Below are positions 9,962-19,366 of a stretch of 64,000 bases of DNA, piece after piece. This DNA is from Promethearchaeota archaeon (lineage in GTDB: Archaea; Asgardarchaeota; Lokiarchaeia; Sigyniarchaeales; SOKP01). Under the pieces are notes generated by a model, which saw only the letters and a program-made list of their open reading frames with translations, was not told the origin of the DNA and ran no database searches. Position 1 is the stretch's first letter. Each line of letters starts with the position of its first letter. The stretch lies in NCBI GenBank assembly GCA_016840085.1, contig JAEOTA010000004.1, forward strand, positions 32,001 through 96,000. Direction: 5' to 3'. Made by a program: the position numbers and the translations under genes.

Positions 9962-10225
9962 TTGTTAGCTAAGGGAAGATTAGCAAATTTAGTTTTATCC
10001 GAAGGACATCCTAGTGAAGTTATGGATATGTCATTCGCTCTTCAATCTTTAATGTCTGAATATATAGTCAAAAATAAAGATTTATTAAAACCAGGCATTA
10101 TTGAAGTACCTGCTGATATTGATAACAAGGTTGGCTTTTTAAAACTTCAATCCATGGGTATAGAAATTGATGCCTTAACTGAAGAGCAATATAATTATAT
10201 CCACGGGTACGAGGAAGGTACTTAA
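9962..10225 (+). pseudogene. ahcY: Displaced 3' end (87 codons) of a second adenosylhomocysteinase allele
   Basis: 76/87 aa identical to the AhcY C-terminus at 6541-6804, same stop position, many synonymous differences; no 5' part. Confidence 0.93.
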
Positions 10226-10292
10226 TTACAAAAATACCTAATTTCAATTTTTTTTTTGTCTAGTTTTTAAAATTAGCAAATAGATTTTTCTT

Positions 10293-11324
10293 TTATATTT
10301 TTGGATATAGAATATCTTTAACATTTACTTCTCCGTATATTTCAAAGGCAAGTTTTCTTAAACCCTCTAATCCAATCGGTTCCTCGATAAGTTTATCAGA
10401 TTGCCAAATTTTGATCTGTTGAAATTCATTTTTAATTTCTTTTAAATAATTTTTTTGTAAAGAGTGTATTTTTCCACAGAAATTACACGTCTTAGCATGT
10501 TCTTTGGGAATTAACATGTTTATATGAACTGCCTCTAAATTAATATACCGCTTTGTTAAATCTCTAGCTCTTTTAATTTCTTCAAAACTTGGTTTTTCAG
10601 CAATAGTTACAAGTCTAAGTGAACCTATATTGTGAATTAATTCAGAAATTCGTTCTCCTCGTTTTTCGAGATCTACTATCATATTGAATATTTCTCTTCC
10701 TAATTCCTTTCTTTCTTTATAATCATCAAAAGGTTTCGTAATATTTCTCCACATCTTTGAAACATTTCTAATAGCTCCTTTAATAGAGTTATAAAAGTTC
10801 AAGGAATATTTCAATACAACCTTAACTTGATCTTCTGGAATTTCAAAAAGTGTAATCATATTAGCAGTAGGAGGAAAATCAGCTATGATAATATCAAATT
10901 GCACATTTTGACTGTTCGTTTCTTCTGCATCTAAAATTTTCTGAAAAAACATAGCGTTCTTAAGTGCTAATGGAATAGAATCTGCTGTAAAAGTTGTGTC
11001 TATAAATTTCTCAACTTGAGGAATTAAACCTACAATTGGCATTTTCTTCATTAAAGTTTTCATTTTATCTATTAAATCAGTTGTATATTCTTCAGCATAG
11101 ATATTAGCATCTGGTTCAATACCCCAAAGATTATTTGTGAGAGGTGTTAATTTGTTTCCAATCTCCTGTTCAAATAGATCACTAAGATTATGTGCCATAT
11201 CAAATGAAATAAGAAGAAAGTTTTTATCTGGAAGGAGATCTGATAATCTTACAGCTGTTGCTGCACTTATTGTGCTCTTTCCTACCCCTCCTTTTCCCCC
11301 AAGGACTAATATAGCTTCTAACAC
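10293..11324 (-). CDS. ArsA/Get3(TRC40)-family ATPase
   Basis: GKGGVGKST P-loop, SFDMAHNLSD switch I, DFPPT switch II-like, CNFC (CxxC) dimerisation motif. Confidence 0.9.
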   Translation of the reverse strand: MLEAILVLGGKGGVGKSTISAATAVRLSDLLPDKNFLLISFDMAHNLSDLFEQEIGNKLTPLTNNLWGIEPDANIYAEEYTTDLIDKMKTLMKKMPIVGLIPQVEKFIDTTFTADSIPLALKNAMFFQKILDAEETNSQNVQFDIIIADFPPTANMITLFEIPEDQVKVVLKYSLNFYNSIKGAIRNVSKMWRNITKPFDDYKERKELGREIFNMIVDLEKRGERISELIHNIGSLRLVTIAEKPSFEEIKRARDLTKRYINLEAVHINMLIPKEHAKTCNFCGKIHSLQKNYLKEIKNEFQQIKIWQSDKLIEEPIGLEGLRKLAFEIYGEVNVKDILYPKI

Positions 11325-11827
11325 AAATAATCAAAACATAAAATTAAAATTTATATATCAAAGATAAATATGAAATAAAAAACTAATCAAATATTTAATA
11401 TTGTTTCGTATGAATTTGTCTTTTTGTCATGAAATTCGAAAATTAGCAAAAAATAAATTGAAGAATTAATTAAATTAATTAATAAATATTTTGTACAATT
11501 TCATGAATATATTATAATAAAAATTATTAATATCATTCATTAAATTATCAATCAAATTAATCAATCATATTAACACATCAAAAATATAAAACTTACAAAT
11601 AAAGTTATTAAAGAATTTTATCAATTAAATAAATTAAAATTATTATTCAGACTTATAAAACAAATAAGAAGTAGGTTCATAATTCAAGCTTAATAAAAAT
11701 TCATAATCTTATCTCAATAGATTTAATATTTAAGATAGTAATTAGAAATAATTAGTTTAACGTTATTTCTACTTCAAATGGTTATTTACTACTTCTATTA
11801 TATAGGTCTGCCTTAGATTTTAATTTA

Positions 11828-13051
11828 ATGAACAAATCAAAAAGGTATAATATAATAAAAAAGGAAGTGATAAAGATTACAGATCAATCAGATTTTACTA
11901 CGAAATATATTATAGAAGTTAAATTCAACATTAAAGGTGTTGTTGAGAAATCAGATATAGTTGGAGCAATTTTTGGGCAAACTGAGGGGCTCCTCTTAGA
12001 CCTTGATTTGAGAGACTTACAAAAGTCAGGACGAATAGGAAGAATAGAAGTAGAAAATGAAGCACAAGAAGGAATTTCTACGGGAATTATTAAAATCCCC
12101 TCTAGCCTTACGCGACGTGAAACAGCATTATTAGCTGCGACTGTAGAAACTGTTTCCCGCGTTGGTCCATGTGAAGCTGAGCTTACTCTTATTGAAATTC
12201 GTGATGTTCGTGAAAGAAAACGAAAAAAGATAATAGAAAGAGCAGCTGAGCTTTTAAAAGAATGGGATCAAAAATCTTTAGAACAGAGTGAAATAGAAGA
12301 AAAAATAGATACAGATATTAAACTAGGTGAAATAATTTCATGGGGTTCTGAAAAACTCCCAGCAGGTCCCGAAGTAGAAAGTGATCAAGATCTTATCATT
12401 GTTGAGGGACGCGCTGATGTGTTAAACTTACTACGGATAGGTATTAAAAATACTATAGCAGTTCAAGGAACTCAAATTCCTAAGTCAGTTATTAAATTAA
12501 CTAAGAATAAAGACACGGTTACTGCCTTTTTAGATGGTGATAGAGGAGGTACAATTATTCTAAAAGAACTCATGCAAGTTGCAAAAATTGACTATGTTGC
12601 TAGGGCTCCCAATGGGTATGAAGTAGAAGAATTAACAAGAAAACAAATGATTAAAGCTTTACAAAACAAGAGACCCGCAAAAACATATAAAGAATCGGAA
12701 GGAGACTACTTAGATAAAAAAAGATATGATAAAATGGAGGATAAACTACAAAAAACTTTAAAGAAGTTTAAAATAAAGAATGAATCTGAACTAATTGAAA
12801 TAATTAATACTATTGAAACAGGGCATGGTATTGGATTAAATAAAAATCTAGAGAAATTGTTTGATATCCCCGTTGGTGAAATTTTCGAAAAAATTAGAAA
12901 TTATAAAGAGGTACAGTTTCTAATAATTGATGGGATATTAACTAAACGTCTTCTTTCACTTTCTATGAATCTGAAAGTAAAATTTATAGCATGTAAAAAT
13001 AAAGAAGATAAGTTAATTGTTCCTGAAAATATAATTGTTTATTTATTCTAA
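11828..13051 (+). CDS. dnaG: Archaeal DnaG-type primase / exosome-associated DnaG
   Basis: GVVEKSDIVGAIFGQTEGLL, IIVEGRADV, FLDGDRGG TOPRIM motifs. Confidence 0.97.
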   Translation: MNKSKRYNIIKKEVIKITDQSDFTTKYIIEVKFNIKGVVEKSDIVGAIFGQTEGLLLDLDLRDLQKSGRIGRIEVENEAQEGISTGIIKIPSSLTRRETALLAATVETVSRVGPCEAELTLIEIRDVRERKRKKIIERAAELLKEWDQKSLEQSEIEEKIDTDIKLGEIISWGSEKLPAGPEVESDQDLIIVEGRADVLNLLRIGIKNTIAVQGTQIPKSVIKLTKNKDTVTAFLDGDRGGTIILKELMQVAKIDYVARAPNGYEVEELTRKQMIKALQNKRPAKTYKESEGDYLDKKRYDKMEDKLQKTLKKFKIKNESELIEIINTIETGHGIGLNKNLEKLFDIPVGEIFEKIRNYKEVQFLIIDGILTKRLLSLSMNLKVKFIACKNKEDKLIVPENIIVYLF

Positions 13052-13089
13052 GTTTGAATGCTCTTTATTATTGTTCTTCACTATTAATA

Positions 13090-13329
13090 TTAACCAATTG
13101 GAAGGGCAACAGAAAAGATAAGCTGTATTACATAAGAAAGAGCGCCTAAAAGTAGGATTCCGATTCCACAAATCTTAAAAACCAAAAAATATTCTTTTTT
13201 ATCGGGCTTGTTCGCAATTTTCATAATTCTTTTTGAATTCTGGTAAAACAGACTTAATCTTTCATAAAGAGTTAGTTTCTTACTTTTTCCTTTTCTTTGG
13301 TATTTTTCATATTTCGGATAGCTTGACAT
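13090..13329 (-). CDS. secE: Protein translocase SecE/Sec61-gamma
   Basis: RIMKIANKPDKKEY plus a single C-terminal TM; follows ftsY. Confidence 0.92.
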   Translation of the reverse strand: MSSYPKYEKYQRKGKSKKLTLYERLSLFYQNSKRIMKIANKPDKKEYFLVFKICGIGILLLGALSYVIQLIFSVALPIG

Positions 13330-13489
13330 CCTTTTGAATTCTCACTAACAATATAATCTTTATATATAAAATTAAGGAACTTTTTTTAAATTATCGTTAT
13401 AAAAATATTGATTATATAATATCAAGTATCTTTGATACAAATAATTCTCTATCAAACGTTTAAAGATCAATAAATCTATAAATTATAAT

Positions 13490-14389
13490 CTAATTGATGT
13501 CAAGAATATTAGAAAGAAATAAATTTAGATCAAATGGTTTTAAATCGTCATAACCTTGACCTACACCTAGAAAAATGATTGGTTTCTTTGTTTCAAATGA
13601 AATTGATAAAGCAGCACCTCCTTTAGCATCAGCATCAAGCTTAGTTAGGATATTAGCATCAATTCCAACATGTTTTTTAAATTCTTTTGCTTGATACAAC
13701 GCATCATTTCCAGCAAGACTATCTCCTACAAACACAATTAAATCTGGTTGACTAACTCTACAGATTTTTTGCATTTCTTTCATTAAATTTTTGTCAGAAA
13801 CCTGGCGTCCGGCTGTATCTACCAAGACAACATCTATATTTTTAGCTTTCGCATGCTCTATTGTATCGTAGACGACAGAGGCAGGATCAGATTTATATTC
13901 ATGTTTAATAGTATTTATCCCCACATTATTCATGTGATACGTCAATTGTTCTATAGCTGCAGCTCGGAATGTGTCTGCAGCTGCGGCTACAATTGACAAT
14001 TGATTTTTCTTTAAATAATGTGCAATCTTTGCCATTGTGGTTGTTTTACCCGTTCCATTTACACCAAGAAAAACGATAATATATGGTGAATTTTGAGCTA
14101 TCTTTTTGTTTATTTCTTCTAATAGGTTTATTTCTTTATCAGGAGTCAAGATATTTATAATAATCTCTTTTAAAGTCTCAAATAATAAATTTTTAGTAGA
14201 GGTTAATCGACTAATTTGTTGTCCTTTAAACGATTCGATCATTTGATTACAAATTTCATCAGCTGTGTCAATAGCAACATCATTACTAATGAGTAATAGC
14301 TTTAAGTCGTTAATAGAGTTATCCATCTTCTCCTCGGTTAAACTTTTTTTAACAAAAGTCGAAAATACATTCTTTAATTTTTCAAGCAT
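13490..14389 (-). CDS. ftsY: SRP receptor FtsY
   Basis: GVNGTGKTTT, DTFRAAAIEQL, DTAGR, TKLDADAKGG, GVGQGYDDL. Confidence 0.97.
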   Translation of the reverse strand: MLEKLKNVFSTFVKKSLTEEKMDNSINDLKLLLISNDVAIDTADEICNQMIESFKGQQISRLTSTKNLLFETLKEIIINILTPDKEINLLEEINKKIAQNSPYIIVFLGVNGTGKTTTMAKIAHYLKKNQLSIVAAAADTFRAAAIEQLTYHMNNVGINTIKHEYKSDPASVVYDTIEHAKAKNIDVVLVDTAGRQVSDKNLMKEMQKICRVSQPDLIVFVGDSLAGNDALYQAKEFKKHVGIDANILTKLDADAKGGAALSISFETKKPIIFLGVGQGYDDLKPFDLNLFLSNILDIN

Positions 14390-14452
14390 TTACTTTTTCA
14401 CAAGAATTAGCAAATATATAAATAGTTATAACAATGACAAATATCAAAAAAA

Positions 14453-14869
14453 TTACTTTTGACCAATAACTCCTTGTATGAGATTTGAAGTCTCTTGTAA
14501 ATTTATATCTAAATTTTGTAATTGAGTTCTTAAGAATTGAATCTGCTTATTATGTTGTTCAATCAGTTTATCAAGAAATTCAATACTACCATTTAAATCT
14601 CTTTCAATTACAACATCTTGAGTTACAGAAAGTAGTATTTTCTCGGGATTTTTAATGGATGCCTTGATACTAGCCAATCCACCAATTGGAACTAATATCT
14701 CATCTCCATCTTTTACACCCTCCTTCAAATTTTCTACCGTAGTTTTAGTGTTTAATATATTTCCAAGAGAAGCATTAATAATCTCTAACTGACCTTGATA
14801 CATACCTCGTTGCTCTTTTAAATATCTGAATTTTAACAATTGTTCCTGATAATTTTTAGAGGACTCCAA
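14453..14869 (-). CDS. pfdA: Prefoldin alpha subunit
   Basis: Coiled coils flanking EILVPIGG beta-hairpins; conserved operon position. Confidence 0.93.
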   Translation of the reverse strand: MESSKNYQEQLLKFRYLKEQRGMYQGQLEIINASLGNILNTKTTVENLKEGVKDGDEILVPIGGLASIKASIKNPEKILLSVTQDVVIERDLNGSIEFLDKLIEQHNKQIQFLRTQLQNLDINLQETSNLIQGVIGQK

Positions 14870-14896
14870 TTTTATAACACCCGTTTAAATGATTAA

Positions 14897-15124
14897 TTAA
14901 TCTGATAATTCTCTTATAACATAATCTTGAGCTTCATCTAAAGTAATTTCTTTAATTTCTTGTATAGTGATCTGACGTCTATAAATACCTATCGATGTAA
15001 TTTGAGATAATACCTTTTCAATAGCATCTTCTTCTCTCAAAGCACGCACTTCTTTACGGAATAAATATTTTTTATGATTCTTTTTGTAGCTCCCAATAAT
15101 TCTATATATTTTTATCTTTGACAT
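14897..15124 (-). CDS. rpl18a: 50S ribosomal protein eL20 (L18Ae/LX)
   Basis: KIYRIIG...FRKEVRALREEDAIEKVLSQITS...RRQITI; operon position. Confidence 0.9.
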   Translation of the reverse strand: MSKIKIYRIIGSYKKNHKKYLFRKEVRALREEDAIEKVLSQITSIGIYRRQITIQEIKEITLDEAQDYVIRELSD

Positions 15125-15223
15125 AGCTATTATAAATCTTTGTATCGTAGTTTATAGAAAAAGATAATACTTTAAAAATATTAAATTTTTCTTTTTATCT
15201 CTTGCTAAATTAAGTCTATGGTT

Positions 15224-15904
15224 TCATAAATTAAGAATAGAAGTAAGTCTCATGAGCTCAGGACCGGTTGAATCACTCCCAAATATTCCGCTTTTATCAT
15301 TTACAATTGCTCCTGAACTAAGATATGGTATCCCGCGATTAATTGTTGAAACATCAACCTCATTAACTTTCAAAATTGAACAAATATATTCAATTTCCTC
15401 ATCAGTAGCAAGTGGATGCACTAAACATCCATTATTATTAGCTAACGAAATTGAACCTGGAAGATAATTATCAGCAAATTCATAAACTACGGTCTCAACA
15501 TTTAAGACATCTTCAATTTCAGTTTTATAATCTTCTAAAAATGCACTAATTATAGCGCCCTTATCATTGCAAAGTATTAAATTCCCAAAGGCGTTATCGA
15601 TGGATTTTAATATAGCAATTTGTGAAGAATCATTTACTTCTTTCAAAATATCTTTTAATTTATTTAGCTCATCATCTTTAATAAGGTGTGGGACAATTAT
15701 ACCATATTTATTTGATGCTATATACACCCCTAATAAAATGGAATCGTTAATAGTAAGAGGATAAAAAGATTCCTGAAAAATAGTTTTAAATTTTTTTAAC
15801 TGTTGTATTAATAATGTAGGAGGATAAAGAATGTATGAATTATTAGCAGATAAATATACACCAATTAGACTTTTACCAAATATTTGAGATCTTAAAATTG
15901 CCAT
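15224..15904 (-). CDS. eif6: Translation initiation factor 6 (aIF6)
   Basis: IGVY, GNLILCNDKGA, STINRG, TGPEL repeats. Confidence 0.95.
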   Translation of the reverse strand: MAILRSQIFGKSLIGVYLSANNSYILYPPTLLIQQLKKFKTIFQESFYPLTINDSILLGVYIASNKYGIIVPHLIKDDELNKLKDILKEVNDSSQIAILKSIDNAFGNLILCNDKGAIISAFLEDYKTEIEDVLNVETVVYEFADNYLPGSISLANNNGCLVHPLATDEEIEYICSILKVNEVDVSTINRGIPYLSSGAIVNDKSGIFGSDSTGPELMRLTSILNL

Positions 15905-15913
15905 TTTTAGTTC

Positions 15914-16354
15914 CTAAGCTAAATATACCACACAAAGTCCATCAATATTCTTTGTAACTCTCACTTTTAACTTTCGTGGAGGTTTTTGAATTCCTTGTTT
16001 CCAGATTCGTTCGTTTACTTCTTGAGAAATAATTAAAGATTCTGGTTTAAAGTGACGAGTCATGAAATCTCTAAGATATCTTATTGATTTTTTAGCCCAT
16101 TTGTTTCTTGGGCCTTTTCTTGCTTTAGCAAGAGGGATTATATATATTCTTTCATCAATAATTTCTTCTTTAGGAACCTCTTCTTCCTCTTCTAGAATTT
16201 CAGCTTCTTCTTCAAAAACTTCACTTATTTCTTCCTCTTCAGTAATCTCATCTAAACTAAACTCTTCAATTTCTTCTATTTCTTCTTCGAGTTCGGATTC
16301 TTCTAGTTCTTCTTCCAAATCATCTAAACTAATTTCCTTTTCTTTCTTTGCCAT
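15914..16354 (-). CDS. rpl31e: 50S ribosomal protein eL31 with a long acidic N-terminal extension
   Basis: ERIYIIPL...AKKSIRYLRDFMTRHFK...VNERIWKQGIQKPPRKLKV core; about 60 Glu-rich residues at the N-terminus. Confidence 0.95.
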   Translation of the reverse strand: MAKKEKEISLDDLEEELEESELEEEIEEIEEFSLDEITEEEEISEVFEEEAEILEEEEEVPKEEIIDERIYIIPLAKARKGPRNKWAKKSIRYLRDFMTRHFKPESLIISQEVNERIWKQGIQKPPRKLKVRVTKNIDGLCVVYLA

Positions 16355-16388
16355 TTTTACTCAGAATACTTACATTTATAAATTATAT

Positions 16389-16550
16389 TTAATCTCTCTT
16401 TAATCTTGTATTCCTCCAGGATCTTCGAGTATATGGACTAGTTCTAAACTTCCCACCTGTCCTCATTGTCACCCAACTAGGTATTGATTTACTTTGTTTC
16501 ATACTTTTTGCTCTTCTTAATTTAGAAGGCAAATTTTTATTACGAGCCAT
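16389..16550 (-). CDS. rpl39e: 50S ribosomal protein eL39
   Basis: MARNKNLPSKLRRAKSMKQSKSIPSWVTMRT...RRSWRNTRLK. True ATG at 16550; the ORF track over-extends it to 16661. Confidence 0.93.
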   Translation of the reverse strand: MARNKNLPSKLRRAKSMKQSKSIPSWVTMRTGGKFRTSPYTRRSWRNTRLKRD

Positions 16551-16566
16551 TCTATTTTCCTTCTTT

Positions 16567-16908
16567 TTACTTTTTAATATTAAATTCTTTTTTTTTCCCC
16601 ATAGAGGATATTTGTTCAAGCAACTTTTTAAATGCTTTATCTGATAATGGAATAGAACCACTTAATCTTCCTGATTGAAGAAGCTGTATTAATTGTAATT
16701 CTATCTGCTCAGCAAATTGTGGTTTTACCATTCGAATATTTTCTAACCTTTGTCTTCCCTCTACGCTTAATATCTTCCTCATTAGTTGATATTTTTGGTC
16801 TTGATATTCTTTTTGCTGAGCTGCAGCAATTTGCTGCTGGACCGCTTGTTGTTTTAATTCTTCTAACTTTTTCCTTCTTATGCTCTCTAATTCTTCATCG
16901 TCACTCAT
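16567..16908 (-). CDS. PDCD5-like DNA-binding protein
   Basis: DEELESIRRKKLEEL...ILSVEGRQRLENIRMVKPQFAEQIELQLIQL. Confidence 0.93.
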   Translation of the reverse strand: MSDDEELESIRRKKLEELKQQAVQQQIAAAQQKEYQDQKYQLMRKILSVEGRQRLENIRMVKPQFAEQIELQLIQLLQSGRLSGSIPLSDKAFKKLLEQISSMGKKKEFNIKK

Positions 16909-16941
16909 AACAGCTCACTCAAAATCATTAATCCAATATTT

Positions 16942-17367
16942 TTAACTTTTCTGCCTTAGAATCGTATATGCCGTCCTTTCTAGCAAACTTAACCCTTCAG
17001 GAGATACAACTCTTCCCAACCTTTCTTTATTTTCGATTAAATTTGCTTTTTCTAACTGTTGTAAGGCAACTCTTATAATTTTACCACCTGCTTTAGCAGA
17101 ATGCTTTAATCCCTTACCTTTTTTATTTTTTCCACCATAGAATTTTCTAAGTTTATTCACTCCTATAGGTTCAAATTTCTTAACTTTTCTAAGCAATGAT
17201 GCACATCGAATATACCAGAAGTTTTCTGAGTCAGCAGGAGCTAATTCTTTAAAAAATGCTGTCTTCCAAAATTCAGAACCTTGAGGCGGATTAATTTCAG
17301 GAAATTCTTTTAATTTCTCTGCTATTTCTTTTATTAATTTATCTGGCTGGACAACGTAGATCGACAT
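16942..17367 (-). CDS. rps19e: 30S ribosomal protein eS19
   Basis: KELAP...WYIRCASLLRK...GVNKLRKFYGG...IIRVALQQLE. Confidence 0.96.
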   Translation of the reverse strand: MSIYVVQPDKLIKEIAEKLKEFPEINPPQGSEFWKTAFFKELAPADSENFWYIRCASLLRKVKKFEPIGVNKLRKFYGGKNKKGKGLKHSAKAGGKIIRVALQQLEKANLIENKERLGRVVSPEGLSLLERTAYTILRQKS

Positions 17368-17471
17368 ATCAAATCAAATGCTCTTTAATATTTTCTAAGA
17401 TATTAATCTTTAATTCAATCGTTCTTTATTATATTTGATACGTTTTAAAAGTTAGAATAAATTAAAAATTT

Positions 17472-17765
17472 TTGTATTTTATGAGTTCTAGGACGATGGA
17501 TTATCAAAAAGAATTTAAAAAAGTGGTATTATCACAACCACATTGCATTTTAGGTAAAAAAGGAATTACTAATGACTTTATCAATCATGTAACTAAATTG
17601 TTAAAAAGATATAAAATAATTAAAATCAAAGCATTAAAGTCAGTTGCGACAAAATCGAATATAAAAGAATTGGCAAACCAAATTTCTCACTTAACTCAAT
17701 CTTTTTTGGTAGATATCAGAGGAAAAATATTTATTCTTTCTTTACAGAAGATAAATAAAATTTAA
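17472..17765 (+). CDS. YhbY/CRM-domain RNA-binding protein
   Basis: LGKKGIT...IIKIKAL...VDIRGKIFIL. Confidence 0.85.
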   Translation: MYFMSSRTMDYQKEFKKVVLSQPHCILGKKGITNDFINHVTKLLKRYKIIKIKALKSVATKSNIKELANQISHLTQSFLVDIRGKIFILSLQKINKI

Positions 17766-17795
17766 TTAATTAGTATTGACCCCTTGAGCTATTAA

Positions 17796-18149
17796 ATGCC
17801 AAAAAAAAACAAAAAGTCTAAATATCTTATAAAAAGAATAGCAAATTCTCGTATGCTTTATTTACTTCAAAGAGCTCATGAAATATTTCCTCAGAAAAAG
17901 GAATTAGCGAATAGATATGCCTATTTAGCTAGACGATATGCTCAAAGAGCAAAAATTAAGATCCCTGCTGAGTGGAAAAAACGTATATGTAATAAATGTA
18001 AAAATTTCTTATACCCTGGATTGAACTGTAGGGTAAGACTGCATTCACATAGAGGAAAAGGTTCTCACGTTTCTTTAACTTGTTTCGATTGCGATAAAAC
18101 TACTCGGTACTTCATTAAATTAAAAAATAATTCTGATAATAAGAATTAA
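17796..18149 (+). CDS. rnp4: RNase P protein Rpp21
   Basis: IANSRM...LANRY...KKRICNKC...LYPG...TCFDC Zn ribbon. Confidence 0.92.
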   Translation: MPKKNKKSKYLIKRIANSRMLYLLQRAHEIFPQKKELANRYAYLARRYAQRAKIKIPAEWKKRICNKCKNFLYPGLNCRVRLHSHRGKGSHVSLTCFDCDKTTRYFIKLKNNSDNKN

Positions 18150-18174
18150 TAAAAAATAGAGATTGAAGTAATAT

Positions 18175-18849
18175 ATGCCTTTAATTATTATTCTTGTGGA
18201 ATGTGGACTGGAATTAATCCCTAAAAAAATAAGAAATCATTCTGCTGTCAGAAAAAATATCTCATCAAATATCTATTCTTCACAACTATTAGATAATGCT
18301 TTACATCATAGTGCTATGAAAGATTTAGAAAATCTAAAAAAAAGAGGGCGACCTGACATCGCTCATTTGTGTTTACTCAATGCTTTAGGCTCTCCATTAA
18401 ATAAAACTGGTAATTTAAGTCTATTTGTCCATACTATACACAATAAAATCTTTAGATTTAACCCTGAAATTAGAATCGCGAGAAATTTTAATCGATTTAA
18501 AGGATTAATGGCAAAACTATTGATTGATGGCAATATAAATTCAGATGGTATAGAATTGATTTCTGAGGTTGAAGGAGATTTACAAAATTTAATTGGTTCA
18601 TTTAATAATCCAGAAATTATTCTATTTTCAAGTAAAGGAAAATTAATTTATGACTATAAGAACTTATTTTTAGAAGATTTATCGAAAAATGTGGTAGCTA
18701 TTATTGGTGCATTTCAGAAGAGCACGTTCTCACAAAAACTTTTAAAACTCTCTACTAATTTAATTTCCATATCAAAGTATTCATTAGACGCATGGATTGT
18801 AACTAATAAGATTATTACATACTATGAGTTAAGTCATAAAATTCAATAA
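18175..18849 (+). CDS. nep1: 16S rRNA pseudouridine N1-methyltransferase Nep1/Emg1
   Basis: LELIP, LLD...H, RGRPDIAH, SPLN, RIARNFNRFKGLM SPOUT motifs. Confidence 0.93.
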   Translation: MPLIIILVECGLELIPKKIRNHSAVRKNISSNIYSSQLLDNALHHSAMKDLENLKKRGRPDIAHLCLLNALGSPLNKTGNLSLFVHTIHNKIFRFNPEIRIARNFNRFKGLMAKLLIDGNINSDGIELISEVEGDLQNLIGSFNNPEIILFSSKGKLIYDYKNLFLEDLSKNVVAIIGAFQKSTFSQKLLKLSTNLISISKYSLDAWIVTNKIITYYELSHKIQ

Positions 18850-18856
18850 AATCACT

Positions 18857-18867
18857 AAAGTTATAAG
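18857..18867 (+). promoter_or_regulatory. Putative BRE/TATA promoter of tRNA-Gly
   Basis: AAAG-TTATAAG about 25-30 nt upstream of the tRNA 5' end; the AT-rich background limits confidence. Confidence 0.4.
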
Positions 18868-18891
18868 AAATGGTGATTTTTATAATTATAA

Positions 18892-18963
18892 GCGCCGCTA
18901 GTCTAGGGGTTATGATTCTGGCCTTCCAAGCCAGTGACCCGGGTTCGATTCCCGGGCGGCGCA
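18892..18963 (+). tRNA. tRNA-Gly(TCC), intronless
   Basis: GCGCCGC/GCGGCGC acceptor, CTGGC-CTTCCAA-GCCAG anticodon arm, CCGGG-TTCGATT-CCCGG T arm. Confidence 0.97.
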
Positions 18964-19366
18964 TATTCTGATTTCAAATTTATCTGTTAATTTTTCTTTT
19001 TTTACTCATATTTAAATCTTTTTTTTATGATTATCTATTTTGTCTCTTATTCTCAAAAGTGGAATTATTCCCAACTCTTACTATATCGAATTTCTATTTT
19101 TATTTATATTAAAAATTTGATGATTTTTTGATAAAGAAATAAGCCGGTTTATATTTCAAAAGGCATAAAGTTAAATTTACAAACTTGTATGTTTTAATAG
19201 AAAAAACGTCATCTGAATATATACCATTTCCATATTGAATATTAGATCACTTTTTTATTTATTATAAATGGCGTTTTTTCATCTTTTTCCATTTTTTAAT
19301 AGCATATTTCAATAATCTTATATTTTTATCATAATTATTGAGTTTACAAATTCAATTCTTTTTAAA

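Noticed and set aside
11340-11827. Very AT-rich spacer as a replication origin
   Set aside because: No ORB-like G-string repeats and no cdc6/orc1 nearby; explained as a divergent promoter region.
16551-16661. N-terminal extension of eL39 in the ORF track
   Set aside because: It overlaps the PDCD5-like gene; the conserved eL39 begins at the ATG at 16550.
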